This document shows, piece by piece, positions 1 to 11,252 of a stretch of DNA of 36,640 nucleotides. The stretch covers positions 8,370 to 45,009 of the forward strand of contig MU619346.1 of NCBI GenBank assembly GCA_025201805.1, given 5' to 3'. Position numbers and translations under genes: made by a program. Source of the stretch: Parasitella parasitica NRRL 2501. Its lineage: Eukaryota > Fungi > Mucoromycota. The notes under the pieces were generated by a model, which was not told the DNA's origin, did not search any database, and saw only the letters and a program-made list of their open reading frames with translations. How positions within the stretch are numbered: the stretch's first letter is position 1; every line of letters starts with the position of its first letter.

Positions 1-237
1 TCATCAAGATCCAATATACCAACCAAAAGACCACCAGGTAGTCCAAGATTGGCTCCAAAACCTATTATACCACATATATCTTTGTATCCGTCAACTATAA
101 CCATCAAAAAGAGAAAAATAGGAGGGAAACGATGCTTCACTTGCGAGCAGCGTGACCCAAACAGCATGTACATTTGTCCTGGAAAGCAAAACCGTCAAAA
201 ATGTAAATTCTTCAACAATGCTGAGATACCAAATTAA
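1..237 (+). CDS. 3' end of an ORF entering from the left; ends in a basic C-x2-C-x10-C-x8-C putative zinc-binding motif
   Basis: Frame 1 is open from base 1 (SSRSNIPTKRPPGSPRLAPK...KKRKIGGKRCFTCEQRDPNSMYICPGKQNRQKCKFF) to TAA at 235-237. It lies inside the putative Helitron. Confidence 0.55.
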   Translation, partial: SSRSNIPTKRPPGSPRLAPKPIIPHISLYPSTITIKKRKIGGKRCFTCEQRDPNSMYICPGKQNRQKCKFFNNAEIPN

Positions 238-541
238 CTTTTTAGTGTATATGGTTATAATATCTTAGAATAAATACACTATAATCAGCAAATAAACTGT
301 GCGTACCTGGATGAATTAAAAGTTGTGTAATGACTTTACATAGATCAGATCAAAATAAATTTTACAGCTACAAATCTTTTTAAGTGTATATATTAAAATA
401 ATAAGACCATTATATCATAATAGCTCTCGAAAGCTGGTTACATATGATGCATTTGCCTACCATAATCGATAGTTCAAATTAATGCGTTGTTTTTTTGGTT
501 TCGGAGAGCGTAGCTCTCCGAAACCAAAAAAAAAAATCTAG
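1..541 (+). mobile_element. Probable 3' end of a Helitron (rolling-circle transposon); the element continues left of the window
   Basis: Perfect 20-bp inverted repeat 490-509/513-532 (TTTTTTTGGTTTCGGAGAGC-GTA-GCTCTCCGAAACCAAAAAAA). Its GC core ends 12 nt before CTAG (538-541), which is followed by T(542). This matches the Helitron hairpin + CTRR end inserted before a T. The 5' TC end and RepHel are not visible. Confidence 0.7.
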
Positions 542-2093
542 TCGGATGAGACCCCAACCTTGTATACGGAGCCTTAGAGAGATCAAGAATAATCAATTGC
601 AGAAGTGTTGTATTATGGTGTAATCTTCGGTCAATGCAACGGTGCTGGTATAGTGTTGTACCTAAAATCTAACTTCTAAATTATGAAACAATTCTACCGA
701 GGGTTACATAGTTATGGGTGTTCTCTCTACCAAAGCCATACTCTTTACTCAAGGCAGCAGGCGTGCAATTTACTGAGAACTACGTTTTCGTTGATGACAC
801 CAAAAATCTATAGCAGTTAATGAGGAAGTTGGCGATCTAACAACTGTAAAAGCTTATACGCAAAAAGGTGTAGATACTAGCATTGGTGGTAGCGTCTACC
901 CCCCTTTCGGTGCCGTTTGTTCTCTCTTAACAAGTTGAAACGTCCGAAAAAAAGTAGACACGACATTAATCGAAAATAATTCCCTGGCTCAGTTTCTTAG
1001 AAGAAAAGAAAATCTGGAAGCAAAGCCGATCATCCATATACCAGCTTAAAAAGAGCACGGCGACATATCACATTATTGTAACGTTCATGGTGTTGTGCCA
1101 GGTCTTGAAAATGAGCACAGCAGGTGATTGTATGTGATATAAAAATATAAGAATGTAATAAAGATTTAGTTTACCAGATACAAAACTATTGATTTATTGA
1201 TTGACAAGAAGCTGTCTATTTATATTAGCATAAATCTATCTAAATCAATCTATAAAATACAATCAGGTCATGTTTGACATTTAATTGTCAAACAAGATTA
1301 TAACACAGTAGTAGTCAGAGCAAGACCTATTTCTATATTTAATCAGCTAATCGTTATATGGTATTCTATGGATACAACACATGGAACTAGCGGCGAACGT
1401 TTTGGATAAATATGACAAGAAAGGGATATTTATCGCGATGGGTAAATGTAGTATTTGCTTTGTTGTGGATGCCTTTAACAAACATGGAAACAAACTGCTC
1501 TTTTGCCACCTTACTCGCTCTCTTGAATCCTATCGAGGGATTTCGGTCCGAAGAATCAAATCATAAAAAGGAATCCACTTGATAAATCAGACAAACAATG
1601 TATTCAAAAGGAAGTGGGATTAAAATAGCCTAATTCAATCTCTGTTTATCTAAAAACTTTTGAAATCGTCTATTTCCTTTTGTCCCACGTAGTATTTAAC
1701 TTGGTGAACAGGATAGATTTAGGTTGACATGCTGATGAAAATATTATACCGTACGTGCTATTTTCAATGATTCTTTAAATTTTCGTTGACAAGCCTATCA
1801 CTTGAAATGCCTTTTCTTTTGTTGTTGTTCTTTCAAACATTGGCAATATTATAGGCATAAATACGTATGTCGCTAAGCAAGATTTGTTTAAGAAATTTTG
1901 ACAGTAGTTTAAATGGAATCACATTCAAAGAAAAAAGCAAAAAGCGTTATCAAAAGTTTTGATTATTATAAAGGTACGGTATCACCTTCTTGACTTCAGC
2001 ATTGTTTTCAACGTCACATCGTGATCACTCAGCTTTTCTCAGAAAGACACTATTCCGCTCTTTTGTTTACCTGCTTCCCATGTACTTAATATA

Positions 2094-3955
2094 ATGGACG
2101 CATCAGTCGAGATAAAAACAACTTCTAGGCATTACTTTTATAGGAAGGCAACGCAACCGGATCCAACCATTTCACCAACCAACATCAACAATAATGTCTT
2201 TCTCAATGGACTCGACAACTCAAACGCTTTTGAAAATAGAGTCAATGATTTTATGAAGAGAAGCACAACAAAGTCTTGTGTTGAGAAAATTAGAAAAAAT
2301 GCTACGATTGATCTTGTTAGGCGTAAGGCTGACAGGAAAGCTAGAAAAGATAAGGAAGAAGTAACGAACGGTACCGTATCACATTCGTCCTCAGCAATCG
2401 CGATAACTACATCTGTCCCAACTACAGCAGCATCATCGCCAACTACAGGCATTGAAAAAGCAAGTGTAAAAGCTGACTGTGCTTACGAAAAGCCGACTTT
2501 TGAAAAACTGGATAGCTTGTCAGTTACAGAGCAGAACTCTTGGTTGGCAAACATTCACGATGATGCCATGTTAATGAATCCACACCAGTGGCTCAAATTA
2601 GCAAGTTTGTTCAATGTAAACGCAAAGGCAGCAAGGCAGCAAAGTCTTTTAAATTTTGAAAGTTTGAATGCTGTTCTTAAAGACAGATCTATTAATGAGA
2701 GTGATGTGGGGCCTCTAGAAAATTTCTTGGATTTACGTGATATCCAAAATAGAAATTATGCCAGAGATGCGTAAGTCAAATTAATGTAAAATGTAAATAC
2801 TTACTTAATTTTATTGTTGTTTTCAAGTGTCACTGAAGGCGTTAAATTGTTCAAGCAGAATAGAATCAAAGAAGCCACGGAATTTTACAAACGAGCTCTA
2901 GATATGGATCCGAAATACGCTGATGGATGGTTCCATGTCGCAGAGGGGTAATAATAGGAAAGTTAGTCGTCAGCGTTATTTTGGCAACTAACAATATCTT
3001 TATCAGGCTTGTGCAACAAAGAAAACTAATAGATGCAGCAGATCATTTAGAACGAGTATTAAAGTTAGATCCAACACATGAAGGTGGAAAAGCTCTATTA
3101 GCTAGTATTAACCGTACAAGGAATCCAGATAAGTCTGAAAAAGGTGATGAATGGGATATGGTGGATGAGCATGGTGAATCGTTGGATAAAAAGATCATCG
3201 AAGGCAAATTTGATGCAAAAGACAACTCGGATGATTCTCAGCCTAGATACAAGAAAAAAAGATCCTCTCATAGATCTCATTCTCGTGATGACCATAAAAA
3301 ACGTAACTTGAATAATACGATCAACAGAGAAAAAGACCGAGATAAAAGAGAAGAAATTAGAGAAAGAAACCGAGACAGAAACCGAGACAGAAATCAAGAT
3401 AGAAATCGAGGCAATGACAGAGATAGAGATAGTGACAAAGACCGAGACAGAGACCGAGAAAAAGACCGAGACAAAGACCGAGACCGAGACAAAGAGAGAA
3501 ACAGAGACAGACATAGAGACAGACATAGAGACAGAGACAGAGACAGAGACAGAGACAGAGACAGAGACAGAGACAGAGACAGAGACAGAGACAGAGACAG
3601 AGACAGAGACAGAGACAAAAACAGAGACAGAGACAGAGATCGAAGCCGAAATCGAGATAGGGGTGGAAGTGATAGACACAAAAACTGCCAAAAAAATGGG
3701 AATAAAGATAGAGACGATAGAGGACACTATCGCTCTAGAGACAGATCAAGCACAAAAAAAAGCAAACAAAGATCTTTGAGCCTTACGAAAAGTAAAAGAA
3801 AATACGACGATAGAAAAAGTAGACATACATCTAAAAGTCCTATCATTGAGAAACGTAAAAGAGACCATTCTGGTGAAATATTGATGGTAGTAACTCAAGA
3901 GCCACCTCTTGTGGTAACAACAGACATCAATAATTATACGGATAAAAATATATGA
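2094..3955 (+). CDS. TPR-repeat protein (TTC14-like) with an RD/RS-rich low-complexity tail; exons 2094-2770, 2828-2947, 3007-3955
   Basis: GT-AG introns 2771-2827 and 2948-3006 join frames into QNRNYARDAVTEGVKLFKQNRIKEATEFYKRALDMDPKYADGWFHVAEGLVQQRKLIDAADHLERVLKLDPTHEGGKALL. This TPR pattern resembles the TTC14 TPR block as I recall it, and is followed by an RD-dipeptide tract. The true 3' end is uncertain. Confidence 0.75.
3527..3616 (+). repeat. (AGAGAC)15 perfect hexamer microsatellite encoding Arg-Asp, inside a longer degenerate array (about 3335-3660)
   Basis: Direct count from the sequence. Confidence 0.95.
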
Positions 3956-4614
3956 ATAAATTGGATTCTATGCAATATCGAGTATTTTCTTCATCAGCTT
4001 AACTGTCTTTTCTTACGCAAATGGTAAAATACAATTATAAAATAGCAATGGGCTTTAGTTAGAAAAATATAGAATGGGACCAGATAATAAAAGAAGGTAC
4101 TTCATATAGTAGACCCCATCGCCATCACAGCCAAAATTCTCCCCTTATCCACAGACGTTACGATGATAAAAAAGAAGATATATGCGAAAACCATTCAAAT
4201 TTTGACACAGAGCCTTAATCAGGTGAAAAAGCTGCAAAACAAAAGATGACAGAAAAAAGGTCAGGTCCAAGCCGCCTGCAAGACGTAGCCGTAAAAGACG
4301 ATCAACTTCTCCTCAGAGAAGTCATAGAAGACGCTCAAATTCTAGTTCGCCAATAAAGACAGACCATAAAAACGTCGATGTTGTTACACACAAAAGCACA
4401 GGAGTGTGCCAAAGCTAATTTTTTTTAAAAAAAGCGACTGGTATCACCAAATGAAAGTTGAAATTCACAGATGATGGCCAAGATGAAAAGATGAGCTGTA
4501 CAGAATATGAATAAACAATAGTGAATAGATTTTTATTGCTTATATGTTATGTATGAAAATGAAGTATGATTTAATAAAGGATATGAGAGATGAATTGGTT
4601 AAGTAATGAGTTGA

Positions 4615-5301
4615 TTAGACTGAGCATTGCTCTACTTTTTTTTCGGCCTTGAACGTTTCAGAGCGCTTTTGATGGCGGTTTTTAGCAATTCTTCTAGTAC
4701 CGCGAGCAGGTCTGTAAGCCTTTCGAGTTTTTCTCATTACAGGTCTCTTGTATTTATTGCTGTTGGAAGGAGAATATCTGGAAGGGGCGATGTTGGTTCC
4801 GCCAGATACGATATCAAAGATGAAGCTTCTGCTGATGTCGTCGTCGTCATCATCATCGGCAAAGATTTCGACAAAGTACCGTCCACTTCTCAAGTTACGA
4901 TCGACATACCAAGTGAATGCAAATTCGTCATCATCAACATCATCACTGTCCCAGCTACGAATAGTCTTGACATAACTTAAAAGAGATATATCAATATTGA
5001 CTTGAGTTGCTAGCCATTTCAGTAAATTTACCTTCCATTCTCTCTGTACAGGTTAGCGTAGACTCTTTCATCATCATCACCGTCTGGCATTTCATCGACA
5101 ACAAATTGAATAGAGGTACCAGTATGGAAGACAGTGTTAGGAGAAGGCCAGTCAAAATAATCAACATCAGCAACAGCTTTAGAAGCAGCGAGTAAAGCAG
5201 CGCCAATAAAAGTGGAAGTGAATGTAGAGAACTGTGTAATTATTAATCATTAAACACTTGATGGCAAACGCTTTTCTGAATCAATTTTTTTTTACCTTCA
5301 T
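4615..5301 (-). CDS. Uncharacterised secreted protein, 188 aa; exons 5301-5296, 5231-5032, 4975-4615
   Basis: A 6-nt first exon ATG AAG|gtaaa and two GT-AG introns keep frame (6+200+361=567 nt). Product: MKFSTFTSTFIGAALLAASKAVA-DVDYFDWPSPNTVFHTGTSIQFVVDE...FAFTWYVDRNLRSGRYFVEIFA..., with a signal-peptide-like N-terminus and an upstream TATA box. Confidence 0.85.
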
Positions 5302-5365
5302 TTTAGAGAATATTATGTTGTTGTAATGATGGTTCTTCCAACTTGAATGGCCAAAATGAAGTACC

Positions 5366-5372
5366 TTTTATA
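5366..5372 (-). promoter_or_regulatory. TATA box of the secreted-protein gene
   Basis: TATAAAA(G) on the minus strand about 65 nt upstream of the ATG at 5301. Confidence 0.55.
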
Positions 5373-5856
5373 TCTTTTTGACAATATGCCAGCTTCATTG
5401 GGTTTATTAAAATTGTCAAATGCAAGGCACTAAGGGGTCTAAAATATGAGCATGGCATACATTTCCCCCAAGAGATACAATACAACCGCTACTAATGTTC
5501 AATTACTCCTAGCATTTTTCTCTTCAAGTCGACGGAATATATCCACTGTATTTGCTGGACCTCCATTGCAGATTCCTGTGAAAACCTGGATATTTCTTGC
5601 TTGTTCATTGTCAAAGTTCTACTCTCATTTGCTACAAAGTATTATGCTGTTCCAGCAGACAAGTTCATCGAACAAAAATTGACCTGAAATGATTTCGAAT
5701 TGGTGCTCATACGGACACGTTCAACCTTAGTAGATTACCAAACACTTTGAGAGGGGCCCCAAATTTTGGAAAGGGGTTGTTTAAAAATGAAACGATGCAT
5801 TATAAAATGCGTGGATGTTTATTTGTGATTAATGTATGACGACTGAATAAGTATAA

Positions 5857-8146
5857 CTAAACAAAACCCCTGTAAACTCCAACAATGGATTCATTTGTGT
5901 TGAGATTGCTGCCAAGCTGTTTTTTATCTTCTTGATTTGAAAGAACTGAAGATGGATAAGCTGAATCAGACTTTGTCAAGGATAAGCTATGATGGGTTTG
6001 TGTTGGCTGTCCAGTTTGGTTGCGGTACGGCGCGATGGGTTTACTTGAAACAAACTGAGAAAAGCGATTCATCAGTGAGCTACTTCTTGTAGTTGACGCA
6101 GTATTAGTTGAAGATGCAGTTGAAGATCTAGAGCTGTTACGAATAACTGGATTTTCTGATGCATTCAGCTGGTTAGCCAATAACCAATCTTTTTGAATCT
6201 GATCCTTTGTACTTTGCTGTGATGAGTATGCATTATTGACGGAGCGCATAGAGGATGTGCGTTTAACTTTTGATGCAAAATTGTTTGCAAAAGCAAATTT
6301 CTGAGATAGACTTCGACTCATATCGCCAGTCGATGCTCGTTTTCTATCTATTTCTTCACTGGCCCCCCTTGTAATTAATAATCCGCGTTTAAATAAGTCA
6401 TCCAACGACCCTTTGGAGCCTCTTCTAAGCGAGTCTAAGCTTGCACGAGCCATATCAGTTGTCTCTCTCAATTTTTTAAACCGGCTACCAGAGCCAGTGG
6501 ATGAAATGGAGGAGGCATCGCTGAAATCGCCACTGAACATTCCGCTACTACGTCTGTCATTAACGCCCGGTATAATCCTACCAGTTTCAATTGCCTGTAG
6601 CCTTGTTTCACGTATCGAATATGCCGAAATAAGCACAATTTGCATATCATCAATAGGATAATTCTATGCACACAAACGTCAATTACTTTATCCCTGTTGT
6701 TTTTTTCATATAAATTCTTACTTGTAAAATGCGCATATTGTCAGCAAAATCGCCCTTGATAAGCTCTTGACGTATACATCTTTTGATTTTGTAAATAAAG
6801 AGTTGCCTCTTTGTAAATTAAACTTACATAAGCATTGCCACAGTGAAATCCAACAAAAATTCAAAGCTCCCCTCTTCCATCCCTTCCTGCATTCCTCGGT
6901 CCGCCAGAATAGAATCCCATAAGCGAATGACATCTGGCAAATCCCATTCTTGGGAGCATAGAACAGTGATCCAACGGAATGCGTAATACTGTTCCTTGAT
7001 ATCCTTTTTGCTCAAATCTCGAAACAAAGGTCTATCAAACCACGCCAAACGTTGGCTCATACGCCACATAGTAGCATTGATCCCTGTGCTTGCATCCTGG
7101 TCTAAAGAGCGAACAAAATGATCCCTCACATCGGCCATCAATGTCGTAAACACAAAAAAAGAATCCGCTTCTGCGTATGCTTGTGATTCAGGATCTTCCT
7201 CTGCAGTCTTAGCTGTAAAGACGTAATAAATAGGAGCTAAAATTTCATTCATGCCTTGAACGTAGCCAACTCCAGGGTTTAGTTTAGCATAAATGAACAA
7301 AATACGCTCAATTGCTTCCCAATGATAGTCCATAACATAGGCATCTGCCTCCAGCGCCCTTTGACCCACAATTTGCTCTATCCCATTATCCTGATGTTCT
7401 CTGTTGCCTATCTCTTCGTTCAGATGAGCGATTCGTCGAAACAATGATCTTCGAGATGGAATATAAGGGCATATTGGCTCCAGTTGATCCAAATGAGGTT
7501 TTATCGCTCCGATCCTAGGCACTAAATTTGAATGAGGGCTATTATTTTTTGATGTGAAAGCTGTTGATAGTTTTCGAACGATGCTGCGAGGTGCTGATAT
7601 AATTTCTGAACTTGTATCCAAAATGCCTGACGAGAAAGATCTTGCAGAGCTTCTAGAATTCGATCGTGCTCTCGCATCAGTGTTGGCAGATGTAGAGTTC
7701 AAGCTGGGTGGGTTGAGCTGGGGGCTCGATATATTTGTTACTAAATTGTTCACAGTCTTAAGAGACTTTTTTGATGCTGCTGATGATGACCTGGGCCTTC
7801 CCATTAAGCCAAAAGAAAAGCGTCTAGCCATTGATTCCTTCTCACAGGGTAATTCTTCAGCTTTGGGTGCTGATAAAGGATCTGATTCACGAGTATAGTT
7901 ATTGAGTGTTATCGGTATGTCTTCAGGGACATCATTCAAAGGTGGCGAAAGAGGATTCAGCGTATTCATAGCTACATGCTGCTGGAAAAAAGCGAAGTCT
8001 GGTAATGTACGACGAACATCCTTGTCAATCTGCTCTAGTATTAAATTGTCTTGAAAATAGGTAGCCCATTTAGATCCTGGTTCAACATTCAAAGGCTAAG
8101 ACAAAGCGAGAGATTAATGTAAAATCCGGGGGTTTCATTATATATA

Positions 8147-8220
<74 letters not shown>

Positions 8221-8704
8221 TGATCATCTGATGGTGGTACTTCGCCAGGTTCTTCTAAAAGATCCTTGACCCAATTCTAGAATAAAGTTAGTTTGTGTAC
8301 ATTCATAAAAAAAAATAAAGTTCGTACATAATAAAATAATCGTTGATTTTTTAAGGTTGAGCTCCACATTCTTTTGTCTGGTGGCAAATATCCCAAGAGA
8401 ACTTTCCAAGCGGTTGAACGAAGGCCCGGTTCATCAGGTATGCCTAAAAGATAACGATTGTTGTAATTGTGAAATGTATTTGCATATATATATACGTTGC
8501 TTTTACCATAAAAACAGGCATTTCGAAAAGATTTCATATCAATGACAGGTGTCCATTTATCGTCAATATCTTCGCTATCATTTTCGGCACTCAACACCAG
8601 ACGAAAATACTTTAATCTTTTTTCATAAAAATAACGAGTGAAAAATTATGATTAGGACCTTCATGGTGAAATAAGACAAACCTTTCTTTATAAGCAGATT
8701 CCAT
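5857..8704 (-). CDS. Rab-GAP TBC domain protein, TBC1D13-like (multi-exon)
   Basis: Spliced product MESAYKERLKYF...FRNACFYGIPDEPGLRSTAWKVLLGYLP...IDKDVRRT (Arg finger)...YAKLNPGVGYVQGMNE (Gln finger)...YYAFRWITVLCSQEWDLPDVIRLWDSIL...GDFADNMRILQNYP. Introns are GT-AG. Confidence 0.92.
8141..8217. repeat. (TA)n plus a T homopolymer of about 67 nt inside a TBC-gene intron
   Basis: Seen directly. On the sense (minus) strand it is a poly-A run immediately after the GT donor. Confidence 0.85.
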
Positions 8705-9223
8705 TTGAGTATATTGTATATGAGTATATATTTAAAATTGTAAACAATAAATTATAAAAATTACGAATTGGAAGGAAAAGGGAGAACTATGAATTCAAAG
8801 CTTAGGCTCAACACAACAAAATGCAAAATATGCTCTCGACTGGCTTTTAATGCCAGACAACTACAACGATAACAAAATGTTAAAGCCTGGCTAGCAAATA
8901 TAGTAACCAAGTAGCAATACATTGATCGAAATCGCTCTCTTAGGCTATCTCTTTGATGAATATGATTTCATTTTTGTTAGATTATTTGTGCAAACACACG
9001 GTAGCTTGTGGGGTTTTTATCTATTGCGAGTAATTTGGATGCACTCGGTGCACATACTTTGCTGCACAATATAACACCTTTGGTCAATTGCCTTTAACTT
9101 ATAAACTCATCTGATAACATATGGATTGAGTTATATGATATGTGTTGTGAACCATATTTTAACTATGATATTAGGCACGCAAATAAAGGTTTTTGAGGAT
9201 TAAAAACAAGGTTTATTTATTTC

Positions 9224-10001
9224 TTACAACAGCACGGCACTTTCAATTATTTCATTAAAGTGATCTCCTTTGCTGAGGACACTATTCCTATCGCCATTTT
9301 TTCTGCACTTGTTTCTGGTCAGCCCATTCCATTTAATTTGCAAGTGAGAAATACCATCAATAGCATAATTCAAAAACTGAATTTTATCAGCGTTTTTCAA
9401 AGGAATCAGCTCCAACTCAAGTTCAAAATGAGAATCTTGTCCATTTTGTTTATATATAACACTCGATTTTGCAACTTTTCCAAAGGTGCCTCCGAGTTTT
9501 TCATTCTTGAGGCTACTGCACCACTTCTTTTCTGTTCTATCGTAAGCAAATGTCCCAAATTTGATATTTGCAGATTCAAGCGATGCCAGTTTTAATTTAC
9601 TGGCATTGGGCTCGCTGATACGGCTTGTCAAAATTAGTTTGGAGTCTAGTTCACTGTAGGAAATACCAGACAAAATTGCTACAGCTTTGGACGGAATCCA
9701 CGAATGTTGCTCCAGAGGGTTGATGGGCATATCTGTATTCAGATCAACTTGTGGGCTGTCGACATCATATATATACCCTAACAAAGAATAGTAAACAACC
9801 GCACTCATTGCCATGTATAAAAATTAATAGCGTACCAAATTGCAGATGCTGCTTCAGATTTGGCTTCAGTCCTTGCATACTGTCCAAATGTTGATGGATA
9901 GGCTTTGTACAACCAGCGTTTAAAATGCCAGCGCTCGTATTAATTGGGCTGCAGCAAATAGATGTGATAAACGATAACAAAAGCGATTTAGTCAGAAGCA
10001 T
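9224..10001 (-). CDS. Uncharacterised protein with a probable signal peptide, 239 aa; exons 10001-9836, 9777-9224
   Basis: Intron 9835-9778 (gtacg...ttag) joins ORF 9765-10091 and ORF 9224-9814 in frame (166+554=720 nt). N-terminus MLLTKSLLLSFITSICC-SPIN. An upstream ATG at 10091 is also possible. Confidence 0.65.
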
Positions 10002-10239
10002 TAAATCTATCGGCAAAGAGGGAGTGAAAAACTGATGAATCGACGTTGTTGGCGAATTTATATGTTTGTCTCTTTTGTCTGCATTATTCATATATCGACT
10101 GGAAATCCTCCACTCCGAAGTGTTGATGCTTTGAAATATGTGACTCGACTGATCGTTTTGGCAGGATCAGTTGAGACCCAGGGTGGAGACCTTGCACCTG
10201 TCAGGGATTGGTCTTTTTTTTTTTTTTTTACAACATAAC

Positions 10240-10693
10240 ATGCCTTTCTACGAACTAGTTTGTATAGCTCGTCATAATATTGTCGAAGTAAGTATACGCT
10301 TGGGCCAAATATGACACATTCATAACATGGTATCGAAAAATTAGAGCAACTTGAAAGATCTTTTAAAGACTACTGCAAAGCAAGTGATTAATCGTGGTGG
10401 CGTTGTTAGAGGGTTCGATAATTGGGGAGACATGAAGATTCCTCACAGAATCAAAAGACATCAAGAGTATTTCACGGATGGAAGGTGAGTTGCAGCAAAT
10501 TTGTGATCTCTTGATTCAACATTGATCAGCTCTCTGTATGATTAGATACTGGGCAATGCACTTTGATGCCAATCCCCTTGCTATCCAAGAGATTGGAAAG
10601 AAACTTGCTGTTGATACTCGTGTGTTGCGCCATACATTCATCAAGCTCGGTGATAAACTTGAATCGGTTGTTGCGAGACCTGATAAAACATAG
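10240..10693 (+). CDS. MRP17: Mitochondrial small-subunit ribosomal protein S6 (bS6m), 111 aa; exons 10240-10287, 10345-10484, 10546-10693
   Basis: MPFYELVCIAR...VINRGGVVRGFDNWG...LAVDTRVLRHTFIK is the typical bS6 signature. Exon lengths sum to 336 nt. Absent from the ORF track. Confidence 0.92.
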
Positions 10694-11252
10694 ATAGCAA
10701 TTCAAAGAACTCACTAAATACAACACTTTTTTCTGTAAATAAGAGCAGTAGAGCTCGTTATAATAATAAACTACACTTTAAAGCAATTCGATAGTGGCCT
10801 GCTTGTTTTACTGATGCGTTGCTTTCCAAATCAACTACGGTAGTAGATAAACATTATCATTTCTGTTTTCTTGTTTTAAGGATCGTCTACGGCAGCACCT
10901 GGACTATTCGTTACTTGGTACTAAATGATAACCTTATCATTGGCTTTATGAACATTGAGACGAATCAATAACGAATGTTTCCTCCGTCACTGTATATTCT
11001 TATTTTGCCCCATTGCAACATGGTAGATAGCTTGGGCAATGTCACTGTTGTACGTGTTCAAGTGTGATTACTCGTACCACTCTACACTTGCATTAGTTTC
11101 TGAATGTGCGAGGTGGTTTACTCTTGTTATACTGATAAAATCAAAGCAGTTGGTGTGGTGTTTGTCTAATACGATGTTTATTTGAGAGAATACAAAAAAC
11201 TATGGATAGTATAATCTATATAGGACATGACGCTATTAAGCAGGTTCGTCTC

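Noticed and set aside
490-536. Bacterial bidirectional rho-independent terminator
   Set aside because: The context is intron-rich fungal DNA, and the CTAG|T at Helitron spacing explains the hairpin better.
3098-3779. Long poly-SV, poly-SL and poly-ET ORFs
   Set aside because: Alternative-frame and antisense shadows of the stop-free AGAGAC repeat.
4615-4630. C-terminal CSV as a prenylation signal
   Set aside because: The Cys is third from the end, so it is not CaaX, and the protein appears to be secreted.
10411-10420. GGTTCGA tRNA T-loop-like motif
   Set aside because: Inside the MRP17 coding exon, with no cloverleaf.
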